This document shows, one piece after another, positions 30,874 to 41,510 of a DNA stretch of 64,000 bases. Each line of letters opens with the position of its first letter. Position 1 is the stretch's first letter. Under the pieces are notes generated by a model. It did no database searches, had not been told where the DNA came from, and was given only the letters and a program-made list of their open reading frames with translations. Made by a program: the position numbers and the translations under genes. The stretch comes from an uncultured Pseudanabaenaceae cyanobacterium (GTDB lineage: Bacteria; Cyanobacteriota; Cyanobacteriia; PCC-9006; JAAUQQ01), in assembly GCA_938002085.1 (NCBI GenBank), contig CALLAT010000066.1, positions 8,820-72,819 on the forward strand, written 5' to 3'.

Positions 30874-32169
30874 TTAAATATCCAAGCGATTGAAAATGGT
30901 ATCCAGGTTGCGTAGGTGATGCTTCGCTTCAAAGCAGCCTTCAAGTTCCTCAGGCGAGAGTGTCGAAGTGACATCAGTATCTTGCTTGAGCAATCCCTTG
31001 AAGTCTCCCCCCTCTTTATTCCAGGCTTCGTGGGCGCAGCGTTGAACAATGCGATAAGCATCTTCACGAGCCATACCTCTCTCAACCATGGTGAGCATGA
31101 CTCGCTGGCTGAAGACTACGCCGCCATAGCAGTTCAGGTTGCGCAGCATGTTGTCGGGATAGATCAAGAGGTTTTTAACCAGCTTGGTATATTCCGTCAG
31201 CATGAAGTGGGTAGTCGCTGAAATATCTGGCAGCATCATCCGTTCAACGGAACTATGGGAAATATCCCGCTCATGCCAAAGGGCAATATTTTCCAAGGCA
31301 GCGATACTGTAGCCTCGCACCACACGAGCCATACCACTGATACGCTCCGACTTAATCGGGTTGCGTTTGTGGGGCATGGCAGAGGAGCCTTTTTGCTTCT
31401 TGGAGAAGAACTCCTCGACTTCTAGAACGTCGGTGCGTTGAAGGTTTCGGATTTCCACTGCGAAGCGCTCCAAGGAGGCTGTCACAATGGCTAGGGCGCT
31501 GACGTAGTCCGCATGGCGATCGCGGGATACCACTTGGGTTGATGCTGTATCCGGCACCAGGCCTAGTAATTCACAGGTTTTTGCTTCGACCTGAGGATCA
31601 ATGTTGGCGTAGGTGCCTACAGCGCCAGAGATTTTGCCGACCGCGACTTGTTTGCGAGCTTGGATCAGGCGATCGCGACCGCGCAAGAGCTCTGCCAACC
31701 AGCCTGCCAACTTAAAGCCAAACGTAATAGGCTCGGCATGGATGCCATGGGAGCGACCTGCCATTACGGTGTACTTGTGCTCACGGGCCCGTTCTCGAGT
31801 AACGGCGATCGCCTCATCCAACTGCGCCAGCAGCACATCAGCACTTGCTGTAATTTGCAGCGCCAGAGCCGTATCTAGCATGTCCGAACTGGTCATTCCC
31901 AGATGGATATACCGACCCGCATCACCCACATACTCATTCACATTCGTCAAGAACGCGATGACGTCATGCTTCACTTCCGCCTCGATATCGAGGACCCGCT
32001 TGGGGTCAAACTTGGCTTTAGCCTTAATTTCTTCAACGGCGTCTTTGGGAATATAGCCCAGCTCTGCCTGGGCTTCGCAGACTGCGATTTCTACCTGGAG
32101 CCAGGTCTGCAGCTTATATTGATCAGTCCAAAGATCGCCCATGGCGGGCAGGGTGTAACGCTCAATCAA
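30874..32169 (-). CDS. purB: Adenylosuccinate lyase
   Basis: MIERYTLP, KHDVIAF, GRSHGIHAEP, GSSAMPHKRNP signature, WHERDISHSSVER. Confidence 0.98.
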   Translation of the reverse strand: MIERYTLPAMGDLWTDQYKLQTWLQVEIAVCEAQAELGYIPKDAVEEIKAKAKFDPKRVLDIEAEVKHDVIAFLTNVNEYVGDAGRYIHLGMTSSDMLDTALALQITASADVLLAQLDEAIAVTRERAREHKYTVMAGRSHGIHAEPITFGFKLAGWLAELLRGRDRLIQARKQVAVGKISGAVGTYANIDPQVEAKTCELLGLVPDTASTQVVSRDRHADYVSALAIVTASLERFAVEIRNLQRTDVLEVEEFFSKKQKGSSAMPHKRNPIKSERISGMARVVRGYSIAALENIALWHERDISHSSVERMMLPDISATTHFMLTEYTKLVKNLLIYPDNMLRNLNCYGGVVFSQRVMLTMVERGMAREDAYRIVQRCAHEAWNKEGGDFKGLLKQDTDVTSTLSPEELEGCFEAKHHLRNLDTIFNRLDI

Positions 32170-32321
32170 AGTCCGTGGGTGCCATACAACCTTTCTATTT
32201 TACTGCCAAGATTCCCCTTCATCCGAGAGGCTTATTTAAGGCTGGTCAAATCATGACTTAGCTCAGCCTCGCAGTCTCTATTCATAACGGTTTATAACGG
32301 TCTCGCGTCAGCTAAGACCAA

Positions 32322-32366
32322 GAAAGAAAGCCGCTTGGACTCATTGAGTCCAAGCGGCTTTCTTTC
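32322..32366. terminator. Terminator downstream of petE (22-bp arms, 1-nt centre)
   Basis: gaaagaaagccgcttggactca-t-tgagtccaagcggctttctttc. Confidence 0.88.
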
Positions 32367-32424
32367 AAATGCAAGACTAGAGCAGGCTAAAAAAATCTGC
32401 TAGCCTTTATCTTGCGCGATTAAA

Positions 32425-32820
32425 TTAGTTGACGGTAATGGTGCCAACCATGCCAGCGCCACGGTGGGGCTCACAATAGAAGGTGTACTCACCAGGAGTG
32501 TCGAAGGTTGCAGAGAAAGTCTCACCAGGGCTGAAAGCCAGGGCTTTATGGCTGAGCTTCTCAACATCTTCACCAGCAGGGGCCTTTTCGAAAACAACGT
32601 TGTGGGGAGCCAGCTTGTTGTTTTCCCACTTCACCGTGTCACCAGTGCTGATTTCAAGCTTGTTGGGCTGGAATGCGAGCATGCCGTTGTCTGCACCCAT
32701 CTTGATTGTGCTTTCGCCAGCCAGAGCAGGGCTTGCAGACATCAAGAGAGGGCTAAGAATTAGCATTGCAGCGGGCACCAAAAGCGCAATGCGCTTGAAA
32801 ACTTTGGCAAAAACGTTCAT
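32425..32820 (-). CDS. petE: Plastocyanin precursor
   Basis: Signal peptide, [30 protein letters not shown] copper ligands. Confidence 0.98.
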   Translation of the reverse strand: MNVFAKVFKRIALLVPAAMLILSPLLMSASPALAGESTIKMGADNGMLAFQPNKLEISTGDTVKWENNKLAPHNVVFEKAPAGEDVEKLSHKALAFSPGETFSATFDTPGEYTFYCEPHRGAGMVGTITVN

Positions 32821-33598
32821 GGGTAATCCTGCAAAAATAGACGGCTTGTCAAATCACCTTACTATTCTACTCATTTTATGGACGTGTGAAACAACCGGGA
32901 AACCCGAAATGTAGGAACGGTTTTGAGAACCTCTTATGGGGAACAGCCCAGACCGAGGTTGCAGTTGGCAGAAGCTTGATGTGGCTGACCCTTTTTGTAA
33001 AGCATTTGCGAGTTGAGTCACGCAAATACGGTTTCTGTTTTGTCAATGGGTAAGGACGGGATAGATGTCAGCCTTAACCCACTGGCCCTGTTCTATTTGA
33101 CATGGCAGTCAGGACAGCCTTTCTGTTATGCCCATGAAGTTGGAGACGGGCTGAGGTTTTGGGCAAACTGAGGGAAGTCACATTCCTTTACAGGACAAGG
33201 AGTTGAAGTCTCTTCTCTTGGAGGAGCCTTCCGTGATCTCCAACACTATTTCAGGCAATTTCAGGCCTTTGGTGTTAACCGTTACAAGCAATTCTTCATT
33301 TGCTAGAGCTATTGCAGAATTGTTCTTTTGGAATGGCCAATATTCATCAAAATCCTGAAAAAAGGACGATCTTTTCGTCTGAGTCCGTTACAAAAGCAGT
33401 GGCTTATACTTACTGCTTTCTGTAACAATATGAAATATCCTTGACGATGTAAATTGACTCCCAACGATTGAAGTTCTGTCTTGAGGCCTTATCTCTGATA
33501 GGTGTCTAACGCTGCCAGAACTCGGCAGAGTCGTCTATGCCGCCCCATTTTGCCAGTGGAGGCAGGCTTATTTAGTTGCTTAAGAACGGTCATACTCC

Positions 33599-34948
33599 AT
33601 GCCACAGCTCACTCAAACCAAGACTCCTCACCACGTTGTTATTGTGGGTGGCGGCTTCGCAGGTCTTTATGCTGCCAAATCTCTTGGTAAGGCTCCTGTC
33701 AGAGTTACTGTCGTCGACAAGCGCAATTTTCATCTCTTCCAGCCTCTGCTGTACCAGGTGGCGACCGGTAGTGTCTCTCCCGCAGATATCTCTTCACCGT
33801 TGCGGGGGATTCTCAACCGCCAGTCCAATACCAAGGTGCTGTTGGATGAGGTGATTGATTTGGATCCTAAGAGCAAAAATATTGTGCTCAAGGGCGGCGT
33901 GCTTTCCTATGATTCGCTAATCATGGCGACGGGGGTTAGTCACCATTATTTTGGTAACGATCAGTGGAAGGATATTGCTCCTGGTCTCAAGACTGTGGAA
34001 GATGCCCTGGAAATGCGTCGCCGCATTTTTGCGGCTTTTGAGGCAGCTGAGCAGGAAACTGACCCAGTCAAGCGTCAGGCTTGGCTCACCTTTGTCATTG
34101 TGGGTGGGGGACCAACAGGGGTTGAATTGGCTGGCGCGATCGCTGAACTAGCTAACCAGACCCTGAAGCAGGACTTCCGAAACATCGATACAACCACTGC
34201 AAAAGTGTTGTTGATTGAAGGTCTAGACCGAGTTTTGCCTCCCTTTGCGCCTGAGCTTTCCAGCGACGCTCAGAAATCTTTGGAAGATTTGGGTGTGACG
34301 GTATTGACCAAGCGTATGGTCACCAACATTGACGAAACTAGCGTCACCATCCGTAACGGTGATGAGAGTGAAGTGATTCCGGCCCGCACTGCCCTCTGGG
34401 CTGCTGGAGTTAAGGCATCCCGCATGGGCGCTGTGCTGTCGGAGCGCACTGGGGCTGAGTTGGATCGGTCAGGCCGCGTCACTGTGGATCCGGATTTCAC
34501 CATCAAGGACCATCCCGATATTTTCGTTGTGGGTGACCTTGCTTGCTACTTAGAGGAAGGTGCAGAGCGGCCTTTGCCTGGCGTTGCTCCTGTGGCGATG
34601 CAGCAGGGTAACTATGTGGCTAAGTTGATTCGCGATCGCATCAAAGGTGCTGTAACCAAGCCCTTTAGCTATTCCAACAAGGGCAGCATGGCCGTCATTG
34701 GTCAGAACAAAGCGGTTGTGGATCTCAACTTCATCAAGTTCGCAGGTCCCCTTGCTTGGTTTGTCTGGATCTTCGCCCACATCTATTACCTCATTGAGTT
34801 CGACAATAAGCTGGTCGTCATGATCCAATGGGCTTGGAACTACTTCACCCGCAATCGCGGTGCTCGGATCATTACAGGGCTTGAAGGCAATCCAATTCAG
34901 GCACGCCAGACTGCCTCTGAACAGACGAAGGCTACTAGTAAGGTTTAG
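33599..34948 (+). CDS. Type II NADH:quinone oxidoreductase (Ndb family)
   Basis: VVIVGGGFAGL, HLFQPLLYQVATG, VIVGGGPTGVELAG, WAAGV, VGDLA, PGVAPVAMQQG. Confidence 0.93.
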   Translation: MPQLTQTKTPHHVVIVGGGFAGLYAAKSLGKAPVRVTVVDKRNFHLFQPLLYQVATGSVSPADISSPLRGILNRQSNTKVLLDEVIDLDPKSKNIVLKGGVLSYDSLIMATGVSHHYFGNDQWKDIAPGLKTVEDALEMRRRIFAAFEAAEQETDPVKRQAWLTFVIVGGGPTGVELAGAIAELANQTLKQDFRNIDTTTAKVLLIEGLDRVLPPFAPELSSDAQKSLEDLGVTVLTKRMVTNIDETSVTIRNGDESEVIPARTALWAAGVKASRMGAVLSERTGAELDRSGRVTVDPDFTIKDHPDIFVVGDLACYLEEGAERPLPGVAPVAMQQGNYVAKLIRDRIKGAVTKPFSYSNKGSMAVIGQNKAVVDLNFIKFAGPLAWFVWIFAHIYYLIEFDNKLVVMIQWAWNYFTRNRGARIITGLEGNPIQARQTASEQTKATSKV

Positions 34949-35002
34949 GCTCCAGGGATATTAACTGGCTAGTAAGGTTGAGACTCCAGGGATATTAACT
35001 GG
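34935..35002 (+). repeat. 34-bp tandem duplication spanning the NDH-2 stop codon
   Basis: CTAGTAAGGTTTAGGCTCCAGGGATATTAACTGG followed by CTAGTAAGGTTGAGACTCCAGGGATATTAACTGG (2 mismatches). Confidence 0.9.
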
Positions 35003-35051
35003 GCTGAGAACAGCTCTCTCGTTGAGTCTTGGCTTGAAGGTTCTTCAAAGT

Positions 35052-35095
35052 AAAAGGCGGGGCAGCTTCTGCAATTAGAAGCTGCCCCGCCTTTT
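35052..35095. terminator. Bidirectional terminator (19-bp stem)
   Basis: aaaaggcggggcagcttct-gcaatt-agaagctgccccgcctttt. Confidence 0.88.
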
Positions 35096-35180
35096 TGAGG
35101 GGATGAGAGTTCGCGGTGCCTTGAGCTGAAGGCATCGAAGCCTAAATATCGAGATCGCTTCGACTCCTTCTGGAAGAGGC

Positions 35181-35576
35181 TTATTGAGCTCCCTTGTGGA
35201 TTGCTCTATAGGGCGTGTACCACCACTGCTTTTGTTCGGATGAGAGGCGATCGCTATAAAGCGTCATCACAAAGGCCTCACCGCTATAGCCTGGTTCCAA
35301 TATCTCCACGCTATAAGAGGGTGCATTTTTAACTGAAATATCAGGGATTAATCGTCGCCCGATGCGTCGCCAGCTAGGCTCTTTGCCTCGCCAATTTAAA
35401 CGACAACAGGGCCAGGGTAGGGTTTCCCGGTCAAATAGCCGACAGCAGGGGCCAATGATGCGATACGTGTAGTGGCCCCCTAGGCTAGAAGTGATATATC
35501 CACTGGGAAGCGGATGAACTAAGGGTAAGACCTCAGAGGGAATGGGCTGAGGCAGAGAAGAGGAAGACTTCATCAA
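35181..35576 (-). CDS. Hypothetical protein with two PCCRL motifs
   Basis: YRIIGPCCRLFDRETLPWPCCRLNWRGKEPSWRRIGRR; lies downstream of the PG-binding/HEAT gene on the same strand. Confidence 0.75.
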   Translation of the reverse strand: MMKSSSSLPQPIPSEVLPLVHPLPSGYITSSLGGHYTYRIIGPCCRLFDRETLPWPCCRLNWRGKEPSWRRIGRRLIPDISVKNAPSYSVEILEPGYSGEAFVMTLYSDRLSSEQKQWWYTPYRAIHKGAQ

Positions 35577-35679
35577 TAGCGTAGCCAGTCATCACGAAAC
35601 GCTACATCTATGCTCCCATGCCCATAGTGCTCTGGGCAATTACGTTGATGTTAAGACCCATCGCCCTATTCAGCCTCGG

Positions 35680-37605
35680 TTATACCTTGGGTAGGGAGCG
35701 GGACTTGAGGGTGTCTTCTCCAGAAAAGCTTTCTGGTGGACTGACAGACTGTTGCAACATCGGTTGGTCAGAAGTTCCTTCCAGTCCCGCATTGGAGCGA
35801 ATGCGATTGAGCTGCTTCAAGGCCCAGCGTGCGGTGTCTTGCACTTCAGGGTCAGGATCATCCAGGGCAGAATTTAGCAAGTGGCTAATCTGAGCCACTA
35901 GGTCGTAGATGCGTGTCAGATCACGAATGGCGTTTTTTCGCACCTCGGCATTGTCGTCCTGGAGAGAAATGGCGAGGGCCTGCTTCATGGGCTTTAGCGT
36001 CTGGGTGCCAATCTCAGAGAGGGCTGCCAGAATTAAGCTGCGCTGGCGGGAGTCGGAATTCCCCATCATATTGACCAGGGGCTGAATGGCCCGAGAGTCG
36101 CAGCGCTGGCCCAGTTCCCAAATCGCCTTCCGTCGTTTTGCGGGGTCAACCCCTTGCAAATCGGTGATCAAGGTTTCCACGATATCGACCCGGCCCATCA
36201 GGGGAGTCGTCACCAATTCGGGCTGCTCGATCGCGCCTGCCGGTGCTGCGCGGACAATTTCAGAAGGAGCGGGGGGTGGTGGCGGTGGCGCCTGCAAAGT
36301 CCGGTTAGACTTATTTCTGCGAATCTTTGTACTGCCTGTTTTGGCAAGGCCCGGCTTGCGCTGGCTTGCAGACTTGGCCGATTTTGACTTGCCTTGGGTA
36401 GAAGCAACTCGGGCAATGGGGGAACCGGCTGCTAGAGGGGTCCGTTTGGCTTGGGGGACAGCGGCTTTCTTGCGAGCAGCAGCCCGGGCCGTTTTAGTGG
36501 CGATCGCGACTGCTGTATCTGTCGGAGATGCTTGCTTTTGCTGGGCCTGGGCTACCGAAATTTTTGCATCAGCTAAGTTGTGACCCGTGGCATCTTTGAC
36601 TACAGCTTGCTGCAAAGCAGCGGTCTTTTGGTTCGCTTCATCTTGAGCTGTCTCAAGGCCCTGCCTGTTGGGCTCGATGGTCTCTTCGATGGAGCTTGTT
36701 TGATTAGGAGCAGCGATGGTTTCGACTGGCTGAGTTGAAGCCTGAATCGCAGGTGCTTCATCTGGAGGCAAATCAATTTCTTCCAGACCAGAGAAGTCCG
36801 CGACTTCATCCGTTTCTTCTTCGACCATCTCCCCTGTTAGAGCAGGCATCTGGCTTGGCTGAGCTGCTAGCGCAGCAGGGACCACGATAGGAGAAGCCTC
36901 TTGAGTATTTGTCTCTCCCTGTCTGGACTCCACCGATTGGGATGAATAGGTCTGCTCCCCATTCAAGTCATCTATGTAGTCGTCTTCTTCATCCTCTCCA
37001 TCGGGGTAAGCCAAGGGTTGAGGGACAGGGACAGACAGCATTTTCCACAGGCCAAAACCGCCTGCGCCCAGGCCAACCAGGGCTGCTGCTGCAATCAGCA
37101 ATCGCATCTTGGTGCTGGGACCAGTTTCGCTGGATGCCGGTTCCGGAGAGGGTGGGGCTTCCTCTGATGTCTCTGGTTCGGGCTCAGCAAGTTCTCCGGT
37201 TAAGGGCCCCCAAGTTGAATTGTCGACTGCTCCAGTTGGCTCCAAACCGTTCTCGGTTTGAAACTCTTTCACGGCTTCAACAGTATCGGCATCAAAATCA
37301 CCATTGATGGTTCCACCGTAGAGGCCTTGCTCCTGGAGCAATACCTGAATCTGAATCACTAAAGGGCCACTGCCACCCAGGCTTAAGGTTGGCCGGTCTA
37401 GTTCTTTCTTTTCTTCTTCAGTGCTAGATTCCTCTGCTTCAGGTTCTGTTGCTTGACTGAGAAGCAACTCTCCCTGGTATGAATGAGTTCCCTGAGACCC
37501 ATGGCCGCCCTGGGAGGCGGCTTGAGCCATCGTAGAGGAGCCAGAGCTCAATAGAGCACAGGTTACAAGCAGCATCCACAGGGGACGGCGAGAAATCATG
37601 GGCAT
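35680..37605 (-). CDS. Peptidoglycan-binding domain / TM / HEAT-repeat protein
   Basis: Signal peptide; L.LG.SG..V..IQ..L...G.Y.G.I.GDFD..T..AVKEFQ...GL..TG.VD..TW (PG_binding_1); TM helix; C-terminal HEAT repeats (LQDDNAEVRKNA, LDDPDPEVQDTARWAL). Confidence 0.88.
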   Translation of the reverse strand: MPMISRRPLWMLLVTCALLSSGSSTMAQAASQGGHGSQGTHSYQGELLLSQATEPEAEESSTEEEKKELDRPTLSLGGSGPLVIQIQVLLQEQGLYGGTINGDFDADTVEAVKEFQTENGLEPTGAVDNSTWGPLTGELAEPEPETSEEAPPSPEPASSETGPSTKMRLLIAAAALVGLGAGGFGLWKMLSVPVPQPLAYPDGEDEEDDYIDDLNGEQTYSSQSVESRQGETNTQEASPIVVPAALAAQPSQMPALTGEMVEEETDEVADFSGLEEIDLPPDEAPAIQASTQPVETIAAPNQTSSIEETIEPNRQGLETAQDEANQKTAALQQAVVKDATGHNLADAKISVAQAQQKQASPTDTAVAIATKTARAAARKKAAVPQAKRTPLAAGSPIARVASTQGKSKSAKSASQRKPGLAKTGSTKIRRNKSNRTLQAPPPPPPAPSEIVRAAPAGAIEQPELVTTPLMGRVDIVETLITDLQGVDPAKRRKAIWELGQRCDSRAIQPLVNMMGNSDSRQRSLILAALSEIGTQTLKPMKQALAISLQDDNAEVRKNAIRDLTRIYDLVAQISHLLNSALDDPDPEVQDTARWALKQLNRIRSNAGLEGTSDQPMLQQSVSPPESFSGEDTLKSRSLPKV

Positions 37606-38175
37606 GGACTCAGGCGTAGGAGGACAAAGACATCAGCTTGGCGCTCAGGGCCAATCCATTCGCAAAACCTTTCAACGCTGGGAAATCACTCAGAGGCTGG
37701 CAAAGCTAAGTGATGGGCTTGCCGAAGCAAGCGCAACTGCTAGCCAATCAAACCGGGTGAACTGGCGAGAGGGGGCAAATAATGATGCAGGGCATCGTTT
37801 ACAACATACGTAGTAAAAGACCTGCTAACAGGGACTTTTTATACATTGATTTTTGAGTGTGTCTAGGAGGATGACCCTATATTTGGCAATTGAAATGCAG
37901 ATGGCTTGGAAAGTCGCAACATGTTGCGACTCAAGAAAATGACTACTGCTCACCTCAGAGTGCCCGTTCAGCTCCCAAGAATCTGCCTTGTTAGGGGCTT
38001 ATTTTTTAGAGGTAGTTAAATTTGATGTTTCTGTGAAGATAGATGCGGCATTGCCAGGCTGCTCACCCATAGGCAAGTTGAACTTCTGGCTTCTGCTCAC
38101 TTTGGCGAGACTGGCTTGCTTGATTTCGTGAGAGGTTGTAAATGCGTTGAAGCCACGGGGTTTGTGGTGGGAGTG

Positions 38176-39288
38176 TTATTGGTGGGAGTCTTGACTAGCG
38201 GCTAAGGTCGTTGATTCCTTTGGCTCCAAGTCACTCCTTTTCTGTGGAGAATCATAGGATGAGAGGGGCGGAGCGATGTCTCCTGAAACTTTCGCAGCGA
38301 TCGCCTCGCGCTGATTAATCAAGTAAATACTGACCAGGGTTAGAGCCACTCCAAACATCTGTAGCTCACTCAATACTTCCTGGAGAAACAAATTGCCAAA
38401 CAGCAAGGCAAACACTGGCGTCAGGAAGGTCAAGGCGCTCAGACTGGTCAAACTGCCACTGGCTGCAAAATAGAAGAACAACCCATAGGCGATGGCGCTG
38501 CCAAATACAGAGGCGTAGCCCAGGGCTAGCCAATCCGTAGCGGTTAAGCCTGCTGTGGCTCCGGTCTCCCATTGCCAGGACAGTAGCGCCACCGGCACCC
38601 CCCCTAGAACCATGTGCCAACCGGTCGCCATGATGGGGTCAGCTTGGCGAGAGACATACCGACTCAAGATTGTCCCCACTGCCATGGAAAGAGAGGCCAA
38701 GAGCATCAGCCATTCGCCATTGTGGAACAGAGCTGCCAGCCAAGGCTCTGTGGGCAGGAGGCCCGCGAGACTCACTTGTCCGGCAGGTGCTAGACCGATC
38801 CAAGACTGAAGGGTTTGCCAGAGGGATTGACTGGCCTGGATGATCCACTCATCTGGCAACCCCAACAGACTAATGCCCGCGATTCCGATCGCCATGCCGA
38901 GCCATCCCCAGAGGCCGATTTGTTCTCCAAAGAGCCAACTGGCCAATAGCGCTACAGCTAAGGGTTGGGAGTCGATCATGACTGAGCCCAAGCCCGCTCC
39001 CGTACGCTGCAATCCCTCGGCTAACAGGGTTTGAAATAACGTGGCATCCACCACCGCAAAGGCTAGAATCCAGGCCCAGCTTTGCCAGCCCTTGGGCTGG
39101 GGCTTGCCCATGACCATACCCACCGCCAAAATCAATAGCCCTGCCGGTAACAGGCGCACTGTGGCTAGAAACAAGGGAGCCGTATGGTCCAAGCTGCCCT
39201 TCATGGCTACCATGGCCGTCCCCCATAAAAAGAAGGGAGCAATCAGTAGCAGGGCGGGAGTCGCGCGGGGCTGGGGGGAAACGGTCAT
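38176..39288 (-). CDS. DMT/EamA family transporter
   Basis: LIAPFFLWGTAMVAMKG, GAGLGSVMIDSQPL, LTFLTPVFA; about 10 TM segments; ATG at 39288. Confidence 0.92.
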   Translation of the reverse strand: MTVSPQPRATPALLLIAPFFLWGTAMVAMKGSLDHTAPLFLATVRLLPAGLLILAVGMVMGKPQPKGWQSWAWILAFAVVDATLFQTLLAEGLQRTGAGLGSVMIDSQPLAVALLASWLFGEQIGLWGWLGMAIGIAGISLLGLPDEWIIQASQSLWQTLQSWIGLAPAGQVSLAGLLPTEPWLAALFHNGEWLMLLASLSMAVGTILSRYVSRQADPIMATGWHMVLGGVPVALLSWQWETGATAGLTATDWLALGYASVFGSAIAYGLFFYFAASGSLTSLSALTFLTPVFALLFGNLFLQEVLSELQMFGVALTLVSIYLINQREAIAAKVSGDIAPPLSSYDSPQKRSDLEPKESTTLAASQDSHQ

Positions 39289-39816
39289 GAAAAAGGGCGT
39301 GACTGGAAGAAGAGAGCGTGCGATCGCAGAGTCAAAACCCAGCTGAACCCACAGCAATGAATCGTTAGCACGGGATTGTCCTGGGAAAACGCGTCACGCT
39401 AGGCAAAAGCTTGTAACAAAAATCCTGCCTCCTAATTCTAAAGGAGGGGCGCTTGTGAAACCGCTGGATTCGGAACATTTTCAGCCTTGTTCAACAGTGT
39501 TTTTGCTCAGTAAAGCCCAGTTCGGATCTAACAGCCTCTGCTTGAGCATTGAGATGAACTCAAACGAAGTCTATTGAGAAAACATCTGTTGAAACATCAG
39601 CGATGCCCATACCGAAAATGTCCATGGGTGGGCCATAACCGCGCCGTTCTGGGAGATATGTTGGGATAACGCTACCTCGAGCCCATCTTATGGATTATCT
39701 CGAGGAGGTCATACTAGAATTGCCCCATCGGCGTCACATCTGAGCAGAGATGAGGCTTGACTGCGTCACACCTCAGCGGCCCAGCTAACATCGTCCCCTC
39801 GAAAGCCACAAAATTT

Positions 39817-40635
39817 ATGATCTGGCCGTTCAAACCCCGTCCCCGCAAAAAGCTTGCCCGTATTGAAGTCTCTGGTGCGATCGCCAGTGGGACCCGAGAG
39901 CGACTGCTCAAAGATCTCAAAACCGTTGAAGAAAAGCGCTACCCCGGATTACTCCTACGGATCGACAGCCCCGGTGGCACAGTGGGCGACTCCCAGGAAA
40001 TCTACGATGCCCTGCGACGCCTCCAGGCAAAAACCAAAATTGTGGCGAGCTTTGGCAATATCTCCGCTTCTGGTGGGGTGTACATCGCCATGGGCTGTCA
40101 CCATATTGTCTCTAATCCAGGGGCGATCACGGGTAGCATCGGTGTGATTTTGCGAGGGAACAACCTGGAACGCCTGTTGGACAAAGTGGGTGTGTCCTTC
40201 AAGGTCGTCAAATCTGGCCCTTACAAAGATATTTTGGCCTTTGACCGTGAATTAACAGGGGAAGAGGAAACTATTCTCCAAGCCCTCATCGATAGTAGTT
40301 ATGAGCAATTCGTCAAAGCTGTAGCCGATGCTCGGAATCTAGAACCTGAAGTGGTTAAAGGTTTTGCCGATGGTCGTGTGTTTACCGGTGAGCAAGCATT
40401 GCAGTTGGGCTTAGTGGATCGCTTGGGCAGCGAGGACGATGCCAAGCGTTGGCTGGCGGAGCTGGTCAACCTCGACCCTGAGAAAGTAGAAGTGGACAAC
40501 ATGGAAGAGCCTAAGCCCTTCTGGAATCGCTTCATCCCAGGTCGCAGCCGTGCCGACCTCAACAACATGGGCCTGGCGCAGCTCAACTTTGATCTTAAAA
40601 CCAGTGGCTTGCCGCTGTGGCTTTATCGCCCCTAA
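39817..40635 (+). CDS. sppA: Signal peptide peptidase SppA (short S49 type)
   Basis: LRIDSPGG, SASGGVYIA, TGSIGVI, KSGPYKD, ADGRVFTGEQA; ATG at 39817 (MIWPFKP). Confidence 0.95.
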   Translation: MIWPFKPRPRKKLARIEVSGAIASGTRERLLKDLKTVEEKRYPGLLLRIDSPGGTVGDSQEIYDALRRLQAKTKIVASFGNISASGGVYIAMGCHHIVSNPGAITGSIGVILRGNNLERLLDKVGVSFKVVKSGPYKDILAFDRELTGEEETILQALIDSSYEQFVKAVADARNLEPEVVKGFADGRVFTGEQALQLGLVDRLGSEDDAKRWLAELVNLDPEKVEVDNMEEPKPFWNRFIPGRSRADLNNMGLAQLNFDLKTSGLPLWLYRP

Positions 40636-40866
40636 GTGGGCGACTTGAATCTATCAGCTTTGAATCTTCAAGGCTGAACTTGTTATCCGATCTCCCTGGT
40701 AATTTGCGAATCGCTAAATACCAGGGGCAACCCCATGGTTTCGCGAACAAGCTTGTTTGATACCCTAGACCTCGGGCAGGATATCCTTAGGCACTCATGG
40801 TCCTCAACTGGCCCAGGGTCACCCTAGGCCTTAAACCCTACTAAGCGATACCGGGAGGATCGGACT

Positions 40867-41256
40867 GTGGAATGGCGTGCACGTGCAATTCGAGGGGCTA
40901 CAACGGTACCGGAGAATTCAGCAGCAGCAATTGAGCTTGCTGTCACTGAGCTACTCGATGAGCTGGAGGCCAAGAATGCTATTCCAACGCAGGATATGGT
41001 GAGTGTTACTTTTTCTGTGACTAGCGACCTAGATGCTATTTTCCCTGCCTCTGTGGCTCGTCGCCGCCCGGGTTGGCAAAGCGTCCCGCTGCTGGATGTC
41101 CAGCAAATGGCCGTGCAAGGTAGCTTAGAGCGTTGTATCCGCCTCCTGCTGCATTTCAACTGCTCTATGCCTCAACGACAGGTGGTTCACACTTATCTTC
41201 GTAACGCTAAAAACCTTCGGCCAGACCTGGCCCAACCTGAGGCTGTGCCTTCCTAG
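40867..41256 (+). CDS. aroH: Chorismate mutase, AroH class
   Basis: RAIRGATT, FSVT.DLDAIFPA..AR, VQGSLERCIR, H.YLR.A..LRPD. Confidence 0.96.
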   Translation: MEWRARAIRGATTVPENSAAAIELAVTELLDELEAKNAIPTQDMVSVTFSVTSDLDAIFPASVARRRPGWQSVPLLDVQQMAVQGSLERCIRLLLHFNCSMPQRQVVHTYLRNAKNLRPDLAQPEAVPS

Positions 41257-41329
41257 TTGAATCTGGTCAACGATCAGCATCTACAACAACAGAGCCGAGT
41301 CATTGACTAATTGCTCCAAGCTCCAAAAG

Positions 41330-41363
41330 AAAAAGCCGTTGCGGAACACCGCAACGGCTTTTT
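41330..41363. terminator. Bidirectional terminator between aroH and crtR
   Basis: aaaaagccgttgcgg-aaca-ccgcaacggcttttt. Confidence 0.85.
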
Positions 41364-41510
41364 AGTTATGAATCAAAATTCTTACTTTTTATAGCAACGG
41401 CCTAACTTGTTAGGACGTTGCTATCCACATCACTGCCTGCCACATCTGAATTTGACCATTTATGGATGTACTAAGTGATCTGGCCACAGCTATAAGTCGG
41501 GAGCAATGCT

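Noticed and set aside
33270-33460. HLR1/RpaB boxes upstream of the NDH-2 gene
   Set aside because: Only isolated GTTACA half-sites; no convincing direct-repeat pair at the right spacing
34935-35002. Possible mini CRISPR array (two ~34-bp repeats)
   Set aside because: Copies are directly adjacent with no spacer, and there are no cas genes in the window
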